Program-made: the position numbers and the translations under genes | In this document: piece after piece, positions 1 through 12,979 of the stretch | How positions within the stretch are numbered: position 1 is the stretch's first letter | How the letters are laid out: every line of letters begins with the position of its first letter | The notes under the pieces: model-generated | Databases searched by the model: none | What the model was told of the DNA's origin: nothing | Seen by the model: only the letters and a program-made list of their open reading frames with translations | Source: Zygnema circumcarinatum SAG 698-1b | Taxonomy: Eukaryota; Plantae; Zygnematophyceae | Direction: 5' to 3' | Length of the DNA stretch: 64,000 nt | Assembly: GCA_037447605.1 (NCBI GenBank) | Contig: CM074822.1 | Span: forward strand, 1,015,492 to 1,079,491

Positions 1-149
1 AAACTGGGAGAACTATATACCGCCCCCCTTTTCTGGTTATCCCGCCCCTGTTTTTTTGAAATCCGACCCTCCCATTTCGGCTATTCTGCCCCCCTCCCCC
101 ATTTTGGATACTTCAGGAGGAGATCGCCCCCCTGTTTTGAAAATTTCTT

Positions 150-850
150 TCCCGCCCCTCCCGTCCTCTCCCTCCCCTCCCTCCCTCCCTCCCTCCCTCC
201 CCTTCCCTCCCCTTCCCTCCCCTCCCTCCCTCCTCCCCTCCCTCCCTCCCTCCCCTTCCCTCCCCTCCCCTTCCCTCCCCTTCCTGCCCTCCTCCCGTCC
301 TCTCCCCTCCTCCCTCCCTCCCTCCCTCCCTCCCCTCCCCTCCCCTCCCCTCCCCTGCCCACCCCTCCCCTCCCTCCCCTCCCTCCCTCCCCTTCCCTCC
401 CCTCCCCTTCCCTCCTCCCCTCCCTCCCTCCCCTTCCCTCCTCCTCCCTCCCCTCCCTCCCTCCTCCCTCCTCCCTCCCTCCCTCCCTCCCTCCCTCCTT
501 CCCTCCCCTCCCCTTCCTCCCCCTCCCCTCCCTCCCTCCCTCCTCCCTCCCCTCCCTCCCTCCCCTCCCCTTCCCTCCCCTCCCTCCTCCCTCCCTCCCT
601 TCCCTCCCTCCCTCCCTCCCTCCCTCCCTCCTCCTTCCCTCCCCTCCCTCCCTCCTTCTCTCCCCTCCCCTCCCCTTCCCTCCCCTCCCCTCCCCTGCCC
701 ACCCCTCCCCCTCCCCTTCCCTCCCCTCCCCTCCCCTTCCCTCCTCCCTCCCTCCCCTTCCCTCCCCTCCCTCCTCCCTCCCCTCCCTTCTCTCCCCTCC
801 CTCCCTCCCCACCCCTCCCCCTCCCTCCCCACCCCTCCTTCCCTTCTTCC
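150..850. repeat. (CCCT)n-type homopyrimidine low-complexity tract
   Basis: Direct reading of the sequence. This tract generates the spurious G/E/R and P/S/L ORFs at 37-990. Confidence 0.95.
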
Positions 851-873
851 CTCGGTTTGCAATCTCCACACAA

Positions 874-1050
874 ATGACTGAGTATAAGACTCGCGATGAG
901 CTTGTACAAGTCTTGACCAAGCACTACAAGAAGGAAGGACTTCACATCAAGATCGACAAGCATAGCGATAGCCGCCGACTCTACCTGCAATGCTTTAGCG
1001 GGGGGACCTACGAGGACAGAGGTCTGGAAGAGAGTAGTAAGAAGAGGAAT
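874..1050 (+). pseudogene. Remnant of a MULE transposase N-terminal (FAR1/WRKY-GCM1-like) DNA-binding domain
   Basis: Translation [50 protein letters not shown] resembles the 'F.SREEL....A...GF.I.I.RS....L.C.RGG.Y' start of MULE transposases. It lies inside the TIR element and is truncated by a (CT)n tract. Confidence 0.5.
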
Positions 1051-1433
1051 ATCTCTCCTCTGCTCTCTCTCCTCTAGTCTTTCTCTCCTCTACTCTTTCT
1101 CCTCTGCTCATTCTCTCTCTCTCCTTTGCTCTCCCCTGTGCTCTCTCCTCTAGTCTCTCTCTCCTTTGCTCTCACTCCTCTACTCACTCTCTCTCTCCCC
1201 TTTGCTCTCTCCTCTGCTCATTCTCACTCTCCTTTGCTCTCTCCTCTAGTCTCTCTCTCCTCTACTCTCACTCCTCTGCTCTTTCTCTCTCCTCTATACT
1301 CTCTCTCCTCGGCTCTCGCTCCTTTGCTCTCTCTCTCTCTTCTCTCTCCTTTGCTCTCTCTCTCTCTTCTCGCTCCTTTGCTCTCTCCTGTAGTCTCTCT
1401 CCTCTGCTCGCACTCTGCTCTCACTCTCTCTCG

Positions 1434-1464
<31 letters not shown>

Positions 1465-2534
1465 CTCTGCTCTCTCTCCTCTAGTCTTTCTCTCCTCTAC
1501 TCTCTCTCCTTTGCTCTCTCCTGTGCTCTCTACTCTAGTCTCTCTCTCCTTTGCTCTCACTCCTCTGCTCACTCTCTTTCTCTCCGTTACTCTCGCTCTC
1601 GAACGTTGCGCTGATGTGTGAGAAGGAGAAAACGGGGGAATATCCAAAATGGGGGGGGGCGGGATATTTCAAAACAGGGGGCAGAATAGCCGAAATTGGA
1701 GGGTCGGATTTCAAAAAAACAGTGGCGGGATAACCAAAAAAGGGGGCGGTATATAGTTCTCCTTAAACTGGGAAAAAATCCATGTTTTTGTTGTGAGCCA
1801 AGTTCTCAATGGGAAAAATGTTGTAGCGCGGCGCACATTGCGGAGCAAGAGGATATTGAAATTGATACGATGACGCCTGCCTCATTGGTTGGAGGGGTGC
1901 CACGTGGGCGCCACGTGGCGCTCTTTCATTGGGTCAACGTGGCGTCGACTCCGGCTTCCGTCTGCGATTCAACCTGCTCGCACGTGCGAACGGTCTCGAT
2001 CAATTTTTTTTTTCTTTCTTAATTATTTAGAGCGTTAAAAAACGTCGGTTCGTTGGTTGCAAACTTCTCCGCTTCAGTTTGTGACTCCGAAGCTTCATCC
2101 GCTGAAGGAAAATGGATCCTTTGGTGACGTCATAATCAGTTACCCACGCACCTCACGTCGACTGGCCTCTGTCACCTTACCGTACATATTTTTTGACTTC
2201 TTTTTCGTACAATTCGTACGGACAGTCCTCCCCTACAGTAGAAGTCAGGAAAACAATTTTTAGTAATACTGTAGAAAGATCTTCCGTTCGATTTTGACTT
2301 TTGACGTCCTCTGGATTGTCCCTTCAGCCACAACTCCTGAATTCCGCAGGAACGATTATAATTCGGATTCAAAAATATTTTTTTGGGTTAGGAAGGAGCT
2401 ATTGCAGGCCATTGGGGGGCGCCTTTTTCTCATTGGATTGGGTCACTTTTTGGGTCAAATTAGGCCATCATTTCGGCTTATCTTAGGCATTTCGGGAGTT
2501 TATGTGATTCCAGAGAGGAGGCGAGACGTTGGTC

Positions 2535-2898
2535 ATGGTAGAAGCGATGAAAGATGAGTTCGGAATTTCTTATAAGGACGAGTTAGTACACCTGTCAGAG
2601 TCTGGTAAGTAAATTTTATCTTTTAAATAGGAGTAATGCTCTCGTTTCATGTGCTCAAAAAGCGTAATTTGAGTTCGTTTCTCAATAATGAAGGAAGTTT
2701 GCTTACATCGGATGCGCACGGAGCAGCAGATTTCTCTCCATTTCAAAAATTCCCTGGCAGGCATGGACATGGATATGGAAATTTTTACCCTCCAAATTTC
2801 TTAGATTGCACATGCCTTACTTCACCTTTTTTATAATGTAAAGTGAGCCAGGGATGTGCATCCACCCCAAACCCTGGCTCTCGCTCTCTTTCTCCCTC

Positions 2899-2932
<34 letters not shown>

Positions 2933-5482
2933 ACTCTCTCACTTTCTTGCCTCCCGTCGCCCTCCCTCGCTGCCTTCTTTTCCTCCCTCACCTCCTTCTA
3001 ACTCTCTCTGTCCTCCCCTCCCCTCTCTCTCACGCTCTTCCCCTCTCTCTTTCTATCTCGTGCCGTCTCCCTCCATCCTCGCCCACCTTTCTTCCCTCTC
3101 TCCTCTCCCTTTATTTCTCTCTGTTGTCCCCTCTTCTCTCTCTCCCACTTTCTCCTGCTTTATTTATTTTCATCCATATCTGGTTGCATTGCAGATGGCT
3201 ACACTAGCATTGCCTACATGGCCAAGTACGTTCATCCTTCGCTCCATGGACTCACCCCCTTTCAAAAGCTCACCGAACTGCATAAGGTATGTTTAGATTG
3301 GATCAAACGAAGAGGGAGATTGCGAGTGAGGGAGAGGGGGGGAGAAGGGGAGAGTGTGGGAAGAAGGGGGAGAAGGGAGAGAGGGAGGTGGGTGGGGGAG
3401 GGGAAGAGTGTGGGGAAGGGCGGCTGGGGAGGAGGGGGGAGGGGGAGAGGGAGAGTGAGGGAGAGAGAGGGAGAGTGGGGAGCAGAGAGAGAGAAGGAGA
3501 GCGGGCAATATGGGGAGGTGAGGATGTGGCGGAGAAGAGGGAGAGGAACTGGAAGGGGAAGATGGGGTAGGAGTGATACGAGGATGGGATATGAGTGGGA
3601 GGAAGGGGGAAATTTGGAGAGAGGGAGGAGGGGGAGGTGGGGGAGAGGGATTGAGGGAGAAGGGTAGGGAGTGGGATCGAGGGTTTGGAAGAATGGGGAG
3701 ATCAACATAAACGTATGGGTAGCCTTATATCATCTGATGTAATTTTCATCCTGTAGCAGACTTCAAGAAAGGACAAGATAGAAGCGGAAGGGAGCAAGTA
3801 CAAGGAGTAAAGTCAACTTGGCTTTTCTTCTTTTCTTTTCCTTTTCCTATGCTTCATAAAATGCTTCATTTCTCATTAAAGAAAGGTTAATGTAACTGGA
3901 TGCAGATCTCCCCTCCTTTAGCGAAATACAATGCTTCGGCACCTCTTGCAACCCTCGTCCAGTTTAGTGGGACTGCATTGAAATTAACATTTCAAAGATT
4001 AGATTTTTGGATCCTGTTCACCCTTCACTGTGTGCTCGCCGTAATCTACCACGGAATCGGCAACAAAGCACGGGGGGGTCTCCCTATGGCTTCTGGATGG
4101 CCCAAAGTAAGTAACTATGTTTCCCATTTTCTTCATGGAATCGTTAGCTTCTGTTTAGCTTGGTAGTGTTTGAGTGCGTATCTTTCGTTGTGAATATGTT
4201 CAGCGTGAGTCTAACTTCCCTTCATCCTTTGCTATTGCCTTTCAGTTTACTGAACCTTTCCCTGTTTTCTCCGTCAAAGTGGGGTTCTATGCTCATGCAT
4301 CTTTCCCTGTTTTCTCCGTCAAGAGGGGTTCTATGCTCATGCATCCATGCTCATACTGACAGAATCACACATGAAAAAAAACCCATCCCTTCCTTATTCT
4401 AACCCCAATCCCCACCGCTGCAGCTTTGTCCAGCCCTTCTTCACTGAAACTCCTTCACATAGTGCAGGTGAGTGTTGAACTGATTGCCATCCCAGGTGCC
4501 CTTAACATCATCCTTCTCCCTTTCTACTTCAACCACGCCTTCAAACGTTACCTCACACAGAGTGGCCATTGTGGGGGAGCCCTTGGCGGTCTTGGCGACT
4601 TTGTGACCATGCTTAGAGTTCATTTTGACGACCATGAATTTGGCGGAGCGGACATTGTTCGCCGCCAACTTTGCAAGTTCGCCGTCGCTCTCGCAACTCT
4701 TGCCTTTTCCATGCACCCCAGTTTCCGTGAGGACGGAGTGGACAAGTGGGGATGGTACTACTTGCTCGTCTACGACATTCTTTCGCGCAAACAAGTAACT
4801 AGCGAACCATGCTGTTGTTGGTCTCATGCTCTTTGTAAGTTGTGGGTACATTGATTCGTGGGGGCGAGAGAGAGGGAGAGAGAACGAGAGAGAGACGAAC
4901 GAGAGAGAGAGTGTGAGAGAGAGAGAACGAGAGAGAGAGAACGAGAGAGAGTGAGAGAGAGAGAACGAGAGAGAGAACGAGAGAGAGAGTGAGAGAGAGA
5001 GAGAACGAGAGAGAGAACGATCGAGAGAGTGAGAGAGAGAGAGAACGAGAGAGAGAGAGAACGAGAGAGAGAACGAGAGAGAGAATGAGAGAGAGAGGGG
5101 GGGTCCTATTCATGTATTGTCTTCTGAAAGCTGGTATTCATGAGTTGGGTGGCTCGTAGGTGGAGGAATTGAGGAAATTGGCTTATCGTGAAGATGGGCA
5201 GCTCGCCTTCCGAGAGGTTCTCCTTTGGGCCTACCGCGGCGTGTGGGCCCAAGAATCAAAAGGATATCTGCACCCCAAAATCGCCGCCAACTTCACTCGC
5301 ATCCTGTGGGAGATTCGAGCCCATCTGCAGGAGCTTTACAGACTGTCCAGTACCACATTGTACGTTTCTCAACATTTTCATTTTCATTTTCATTTTCATA
5401 GAGAGGAGCTCTCTCTCTCTCCTGTCCCTCTCCCTCTCCCTCTCCCTCTCCCTCTCCCTCTCCNNNNNNNNNNCCTCCCTCC

Positions 5483-5527
<45 letters not shown>

Positions 5528-6607
5528 GTCTTTTCCATTTTTCTTGTTTATGAAGTATGCGTATGCGTTTTGAGTTGGAATTTCTAAGGTTGAGTGACGG
5601 TTCTTTTTTTCAACCTTCCTTCCTTTGCCTTGTTGCAGGCCCTTTGCTTACTACCACCTCCTGAACTTCATCGTGGTGGTGTACCTCCTCTTCCTCTCCT
5701 ACGCCTTCGTCTTCACCGCCCCCTATTGGTCCATCCTCGGCTACTTCCTCATCCTCGTCAGCCTCCTCGGAATCCGCGAAATGGCCAACGCGATGTGGTG
5801 AGTTGACTTTATCGAGGTACTATTTGTTTGATGTTTGACTTTATCGAGACCAGATTGCTTTTGTGTTTAACTTTATTGAGCGTGTATTGCATTTGGGGGT
5901 TATATTTATCGAGGGGATGTTGTATTTGAGGTATGATTTCATTTTTGAAAAGGTTTGGATATCGATCCTTGAAATTGCCTTTTTCACATTTCCGATTTTC
6001 CGCATTTGAATGTTTTTTGTCGAAACATGCGGAAAGCAGACACTGTTTTCCCTTTTGTTCAGTATCTTAAACTTTAGTCAAGTTAGTCAAGTCAGTCACT
6101 CTATCAATCTCGCCTGGACCTGTTAAGGTTTCGGATCAGGCCTGGTCACTGATTGCTTATTTTCTGAACCCTTTCTATGTGGATCCGTACCGTCATCCGT
6201 ACCCTTACCTGTTCCGCCATCTGTTCCGTCATCCGTACCATCATCCGCACCGTGTTATCTGTGCCATCATCCGTACCGATACATGTTCCGTCATCCGTAA
6301 CGTTATCCATATTGTTACTTGTCCCGTGATCTGTTCCGTCACCCGTACTGTCATTCGTACCGTCATCCTTTTCGTGACCCGTATCGTTCCTTGTCGTTTA
6401 CGGCCATACAACAGCGAACCCGTCGGGGACGACAGTCTGGACATCCCCGTGTTCCATGCGGTGCGCGCGTTCCACCACCTGTCCGTACACCTCGCGGACC
6501 GCGCCCCCACGTACGCGGACGAGCTCGACCACTTGAAGAAGCCGCGGAGGAGGGCCGCCTCGTGGGGAGGCGGCGAGCTGGCTAAGCATATAGGCTTAGG
6601 GGTTTAG
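2535..6607 (+). CDS. Bestrophin/UPF0187-family ion channel, paralog 1 (spliced)
   Basis: Exons at about 3195-3286 (YMAKYVHPSLHGLTPFQKLTELHK), 3905-4107, 4468-4794 (IAIPGALNIILLPFYFNHAFKRY), 5160-5360, 5639-5793 (PFAYYHLLNFIVVVYLLFLSY) and 6415-6607 (EPVGDDSLDIPV), with GT-AG boundaries. The FY.N..F.RY, PF.Y.HLLN and P.G.D..DIP motifs match bestrophin-like channels. The first exon (2535-2604, MVEAMKDEFG...) is tentative. Confidence 0.8.
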
Positions 6608-7030
6608 GGTTAGGGTTTAAGGGTTCCAGGGTTGTTAGGGTTGGTAGGGTTGTTGGAGTTGTTAGGGTTGTTAGGGTTGTTGGAGTTGTTAGGGTTGTTG
6701 GAGTTGTTAGGGTTGTTGGAGTTGTTAGGGTTGTTAGGGTTCTAGTGTATCAGGGTTTTAATGTTATTAAGGTTATTAGGGTTTTAAGGATATTAGGGAT
6801 TATAGGGTTGAGGGTTCTAGTGTTATCAGGGTTTTAATGTTATTAGGGTTTTCTAAGGCTATTAGGGTTCGTTTAGGGCCCTTTATGGTTTTTTAAGGTT
6901 ATTCGGGTCTGTTTGAGGGCTTTCTCGAATTTTAGGGTTCTTTTGGGGCTTTTAGGGATTTTAGGGTTTAGGGTTCTCTCGGGGCTTTAAGGGTTCTTAG
7001 GGATTTTTAGGGTGTAAGGGTTTTAGGGGT
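6594..7030 (+). repeat. Degenerate interstitial telomere-like array (TTTAGGG / TTAGGG / GTTGTTAGG variants)
   Basis: Runs such as ggtttagggttagggtttaagggtt and gttgttagggttgttggagtt grade into AT-richer TAGGG variants. Confidence 0.8.
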
Positions 7031-8147
7031 GACCGGGGGTTCAGGCGCAAGTCGCAGTTCCCCGAGGCCTTTGCTCCTCAACCAAACTTAACTTTACTTT
7101 TTGGTTAACCATCGCTGGAGTCGAGTCATTTGACTTTATCGAGATGTGCAAAGCTTACTCGCCATAAAGTTAAGGCCGAGTCCAGTGATGTTGTAGTGTG
7201 AAGCCGAGGATGGATCCGTTTCAATATGAGCGTTGGGGTGTCTCTTCTCACTGACTAATCAACTTGACTAACTAAAGGACCAAGGGAACCAAGGAAGGGA
7301 AGGGACGAAGGGACGCGGCAAGAATTTGAGTCAAGGCGTCACGTGACTCACGTCAGCCGAAAAGGTTGTGTAAATAAGACCCTAAATCCCTAATTCCTGC
7401 TCCGCCGGTTGCCGACCGTACGGTACGGTGGTCAACCCTCACGTTCCATGCTTGTGCGCAGTTGCGTTTCTAGTTATCTAACACGCTTACGCGCCTCACG
7501 TGAAGGTTGTGTCACAGTTCCAGTAGAACGAGCCGCTACATGACACAGTTCCGTTGTATGCGATAGAACGCAACTGGAAGCACATGGACCCTGAGGGCCA
7601 AAAACCAAAAACGTTCAGAGGGCCTCTGCGATTGGGCCACGTCACGTTATGGACACGTGGCGACTCGCGATTGGAAGATGGCTTGTAAGACCCCCTCACA
7701 CCCCCCCCCAGGAGTTTTGGGGGCTATGCTGCTCCGATTCGCCCTTGCCAGCTTCGAAGGCCTTTGAGCTACCGTTGAGAGAGGGAGAGAGAGAGAGGGG
7801 AGGGCAAGAGAGAGAGGGTTGGGTGGGAGAGAGAGAGAGGTGGGTGGGAGAGAGAGAGAGGTGGGTGGGTGGGAGAGAGAGAGAGAGGTGGGTGGGTGGG
7901 AGAGAGAGAGAGAGAGAGGTGGGTGGAAGAGAGAAAGCGGTGGGTGGGAGAGCGAGAGAGCGAGAGGTGGGTGGACGAGTGAGAGGTGGGTGGGAGAGAG
8001 AGAAAAAAAAAGTGAGAGAGTGTCAGAGAGAGCGAAAGGTGGGGGGAGAGCGAGAGGGAGGAGAAATGCGAGAGAGAGAGTGAGAGAGAGTGGTGGTTGG
8101 GAGAGAGCAAGAAAAGAGAGAGAGAGAGAAGGGGGGGCAGCCATCCA

Positions 8148-10650
8148 TGGCTCCCCTCATGGCCAACGCAGGCCGCAAGTTCCCTGCAGGAGTGATCGGA
8201 AAAACCGCCCGGAAGGGGAGGTCCGGGTCCGTCTGCTACTACCTCCTCGTCACTCTTCTGGGTCTGACCCTCATTCTGTATATCCGATATGGGGAGAACG
8301 ATGCTTTTAGGGTTGGAGATGGGGTCTTGGAAGCAGCTGAAGAAGACGAGCTCCATGGCTGCCCAGTTTGCGGAGATCGGCAACAGGGAAACGCCCCATT
8401 GGACCGGGGCCTCAGTCAAAGGGGGTCGAAGGTTCGCCTTTGTACTGGGAGTGAGAGCTTTCCTTTTGTTAGTGGGACTTTTTCTAGCAAGGCGAAGGTA
8501 GAGGAGAGCAGCGTAGATTTAGGGTTAGGTTCGGAGTTAGAGCCGGAAGCTTCCTATGCTCAGCTGACTGTGTTTGAAGCGGAAGTGCGGCACGTGGCAG
8601 CTTCGGATTTGTCGAACAGCTTGGATCGCTTAAAGGAGGCGGTAGGCAGTGGGGGAGGGTCGAAAAAACACATTACTGTGCTGCGATTTTTAGGGTTCTT
8701 GGAAGACGATGAGTCTATCAAGCGTACGCAATGGGAGGGTTGGGGTGCTTCGGAGCCTAGCAAGCTGTATAAAGTCAATGCATTAAAGTTAAAATGTTTA
8801 ATCTGGCCGGGCCACGATCGGTCTATTCAGAGCTTACCGCCTGCTTATGAAGTGAATGCAGAGATTGAGCGACATTATTCGTTCCATATTGTCTTCACTT
8901 GCACATTGCCGCGTTATCGGTCACCTTCTTCGTCGGCGAAGCGAACTCAAAAGGATGGAAGAGCGTATTTTGTGCAATTTGGGCATAATTTTCAAGTACA
9001 ATTAGTCCCTCAGGAGAGAGATGCAGAGCTTCGGATGAACCCATTACCCCTTTGTCGGTCAGAATATGAGCCGGCACTGCTCCGTCTGCAGCCCTCTCAC
9101 GTCGCGCCACCTGTCCCAATTGGGTTTAAACAGAAGGGGGGTGAGGAGGGAAGTGATGGAGAGGAGATTTCAGATCAGAAGGGAAATGGGTTAAATGGGA
9201 AGCCCTTAGCCAAGCCCATGCAATTGGCGGTCTGTTTACGTCCATTCCATACTAAGCAGCTCTTCACAAGTGAGCTTGCTTTCAGTGACAGTAGACTCAT
9301 TGAATGGATAGAAGCAATGCTGATGATGGGGATTGATAGGGTTTACTTTTACGACAGATATGGTACGGAAAAAAAGGCTCTTCTGCATCATTACATAGAA
9401 AGAGGGCAAGTAATTCATATTCCGTTTCCTCCATGGAGTGAAGTTTTCTTCCGAAAGGGATTGTACGCCGGAAAGGCGCGAGTGCCATATCTGGTGAGTT
9501 TAAGGAAATTCATTTGACTTTATGCTTTGTTCAAAAGGTTAATTGGCTTGAGTTCAACGTAGCCCGGATCAGGTTTTCAAGGTTTTGAGAATTTTAAGGT
9601 CTTTCCATCTTCCACAGTGATAAGCTTGAATTCATGCACTTATTGGGAACAAAGCTAAGGCTATAAAGCTCTTTTGAGAACCTTGAACACTGGGGACCTC
9701 TCTGAACTTAACCTTTCTGTAGAACTTCTTCGAGCTGGGATTCAATAAGATCTGTTTGACTTCCATGAAGATTTGCAGAGGAGGAGAGGGGCATGGGGAG
9801 AGGGGGAAGAAGGGGAGAGGGGGAGAGGGGGAGAGGGGGAGAGAGGGAGAGGGGGAGAGGGGGAGAGGGAGAGGGGGAGACGGGGAGAGGGGGAGGGGGG
9901 GGAGGGGGGGGAGGTGGGGAGAGTGAGAGAGGGGAAGAAGGGGATTTTTATGAGTTATATTGTCATCCTGCACTGGCATTCCCTCGTACTGCCTCGCTCA
10001 TATTTGAGCTTTTGCATTTGAAGAAAACCTCCGTTTAACACGGTTCGGTTTCCCATTTCTCAATGTGCAGTTTCCCGAAATTTATGACCAAATCATATCC
10101 TATGAGCATTGCATGATGCAAGGCCGCCGGTTCGGCGACAGGTGGCAATTCCACATTGATGCGGACGAGTTTCCATGGTACAGTCCGCGCAAGGGAGGGT
10201 GGTTGAAGCAGCTTTTGGCGAAGATTGAAGCCAATCACACGATGACATTTGGCGAGCCTGCAAAGGTGCTGAAACTGAGAAGGTTTAACTTTTTTGGGGT
10301 CGAAAAAGAGAACAGAGCAGAGCCGGTTTTGCCTCGTCTTGCTTGGAGATGCAGTCAACCAATGTGGCACACAGAAGGGTGGGCGGGATGGCACGATAAA
10401 CTGGCGGTTAATCCACAACTTATAGTACCCAAGTGAGTACTTTTTTCTCATCTCATCTCATCTCATCTCATTCATATCTCGTTGTTAGAGCCTCAATTAC
10501 TACTCTTTTTATTTTATTTTTGAGGGTTCATAGTTAGTGACATACATTCAGGAGTGTTATCTATCAATGCTCCATCTATGCTTGCCTCCGCCTGAGCCCT
10601 GATCGCTACAAAAGACAAAATAAACGGACATAAGAGGGGGGGCTATTACG

Positions 10651-10684
<34 letters not shown>

Positions 10685-10703
10685 GAGAGAGAGAGAGAGG
10701 GGG

Positions 10704-10735
<32 letters not shown>

Positions 10736-11272
10736 CTTTCTTTTTTGTCTTTTCTGAGGGCGTCTCATAGTGACATACATTTGGGGTGTGTGCGCAGCAC
10801 GGTGACTATTCACAACACGAATGTGCCCGAAACCAGTCTCGACCTCACTCCAAAGGAACTTTTCCACATCAATCATTACACGTCCACTGGAATCGACTTG
10901 GGGCACCACCCATGTAGAGCGTGGGTCAAACCAGTCAAAGATGAGGGCCTGGTTTGGGTGAACCATAAAGTATGGAAATGTAAGCATTTCAAATGCAGTA
11001 GAAAGATCCCCATTGAATGTTGGCCCTTTTGCATACTTCCATGGCCTGAAGCTCATTTAGACCACAAAGGAGAGCCGGACCCAGAAATTGACTTATCGGT
11101 TGTGGTGTTGGAAAATAGTACTAATTATCCAACAGAGGGAGCTAGTTCAAATCAAATGGGAGATAGTTTAGATTCAAAGGAAGGGGAGCTCCCTTCTCCA
11201 GAGAGAGGGGAATTAGGAGCTGCTGAATCTGCTACAAATGGAAGTAAACAGGAAGGCTCCCTTTTGACCTAG
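8148..11272 (+). CDS. Glycosyltransferase family 92 (DUF23, GALS-like) type II membrane protein
   Basis: Three exons (8148-9493, 10071-10432, 10759-11272) join in frame. There is an N-terminal TM segment (YYLLVTLLGLTLILYI). Motifs VCLRPF, LIEWIEAMLMMGIDRVYFYD, QIISYEHC...HIDADEF (DxD-like) and FHINHY are typical of Glyco_transf_92. Confidence 0.75.
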
Positions 11273-11859
11273 TTCATTTTTATTTCTATTTTTTCTTTTC
11301 GTAAATCATTTTTGGAAGGATCCGCTGGTTTTTTCTGGGGCGAGTCCTGTCTCAAAGATACCGATAATTTGGAGAGTTATGTATCTAACAAGGTATTTCG
11401 TAGAGGCCCAATTCGTGCTTTTTTGGTATTCTATACGTTTTATGTTTGAAACTCCAGAAATTGAGTAATTTTCGTACAATGCGTTAGTTATTAGTCATAA
11501 TCAGTAGTCAGTAGTCTCAACTCTTTGTGGCCCACAAAGAGTAGTGAGCATATTAAACTAAGATAAACTGAATAAACTCACCCTTCAAAGGGAAGTGAAG
11601 TGAAGAGAGGAAAAAAGATGAGAGGAGAGGGGCAAAGTTCTCTCTCTAGAGAGTTTCTAAAGCTGAAGCTCTTGGGCCTTTTTTGATCCCTTCATACCTA
11701 TTACATTTCTGGGTTGCTGATTGAGAGAGTGAAGTGTTACGCTAAGTCTTTACTATGGACTTCGATTGCTCTGAAATGTCTCAAGGTAAGTTCAGACCAC
11801 ATCCTCTTTGGGTTTGCTGGAACAACTCTAGAAGATAATGTGGGTGTGACCCATTAAGC

Positions 11860-12098
11860 TTTTCAAACGGGCACACTTTTAATGACTTTCAAAAGAATAG
11901 GAAAATGGCATTTATCTCACGATGGCGAGGCCATCAATTGTACATGGACGAAGTCAGCATGGGGAAGGAACCACGAGGAGCTGGTCGCGAAGGACCTTAG
12001 CACAAAAAAGAAAAATCTATGAGCGGAAAACTACTCCTAGGCTCAAACATCGCTTCAAGCCCTCCCTCGAAGCAACCGCGAAGGTCGCCGATGTGCGG
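11860..12098 (+). repeat. Unclassified dispersed repeat ('GIDLTMA..MGNxEEL' family), copy 1
   Basis: ggcatttatctcacgatggcg...atggggaaggaaccacgaggagctggtcgcgaag and the following atgagc...aaggtcgccgatgt align by eye with 19200-19320 (-), 42430-42520 (-), 49200-49620 (-) and 49740-50040 (+). Confidence 0.65.
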
Positions 12099-12524
12099 CA
12101 CATCACATCACATCACATCACATCACATCACATCACATCACATCACATCACATCACATCACATCACATCACATCACATCACATCACATCACATCACATCA
12201 CATCACATCACATCACATCACATCACATCACATCACATCACATCACATCACATCACATCACATCACATCACATCACATCACATCACATCACATCACATCA
12301 CATCACATCACATCACATCACATCACATCACATCACATCACATCACATCACATCACATCACATCACATCACATCACATCACATCACATCACATCACATCA
12401 CATCACATCACATCACATCACATCACATCACATCACATCACATCACATTACATCACATCACATCACATCACATCACATCACATCACATCACATCACATCA
12501 CATCACATCACATTACATCACATC
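12099..12524. repeat. (CACAT)n pentanucleotide microsatellite, about 85 units
   Basis: Near-perfect array with two CATTA variants. Confidence 0.98.
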
Positions 12525-12979
12525 GCGTGGAGGGAGGGAGGGAGCGGCGGAAGGCCACCGACAATGTTGTGCAAGTAGCCTGGATCGCCGGAGGAGGAGT
12601 GGAGGGCTTCTATCCTTCCGGGGCTGTGCGCGCATCTCCAAGGAGCGATGGGCGCACAGGCCAAGGAAGGAAGGAAGGCATCCAAACGGGCGTCGAGGCA
12701 ACCACAAACCTCAATAGCCATAGGGACAAACTCGTCGGCCGCGTCACGTCACGGTGGGCATATGCGCGCTCCTCGCAAAGGGCCGCATCGCGAGCAGCCC
12801 CCCCCCGCCTTCATGGTGACGTGTTGGATCGGCCAACAACACAACATCCCCAAAAGTGCGCCGAGCAGCGTCCACGAGGGAGGGAGGGCCAATCAGGGCG
12901 AACTCCGCGCTCGCCACGAACAGTCGGTCGAGGGGACACAATGTGGCTCGGCTCCCCTCGCACAAGTTGGCCTCTTGTG

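Larger units (their letters stand above)
7..1762. mobile_element. Non-autonomous Mutator-like (MULE) TIR element
   Basis: About 90-100 bp terminal inverted repeats (GGAGAACTATATACCGCCCCC... at 7; ...GGGGGCGGTATATAGTTCTCC ending at 1762). The right flank TTAAACTG(G) matches the visible left flank AAACTG(G), consistent with an 8-9 bp TSD cut off by the window edge. The interior carries a transposase-like remnant and low-complexity fill. Confidence 0.75.

Noticed and set aside
37-990. Long G/E/R-rich and P/S/L-rich ORFs here and over similar tracts (e.g. 29238-29900, 48227-49156, 52035-52755, 58387-59150, 59559-60178)
   Set aside because: They are open in several frames on both strands because (CCCT)n/(GA)n tracts lack stops. 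They lie in introns or TE interiors and are not extensin-like genes.
6594-7030. True chromosome end
   Set aside because: The array is degenerate and flanked by unique sequence and genes on both sides, so it is interstitial.
7180-7260. Possible C/D-box snoRNA (gtgatg...ctga)
   Set aside because: The C box is imperfect, there is no recognisable guide or terminal stem, and there is no other support.
11922-12717. His/Ile/Thr/Ser repeat ORFs (HHITS)n
   Set aside because: These are a translation of the (CACAT)n microsatellite, with no evidence of a metal-binding protein.
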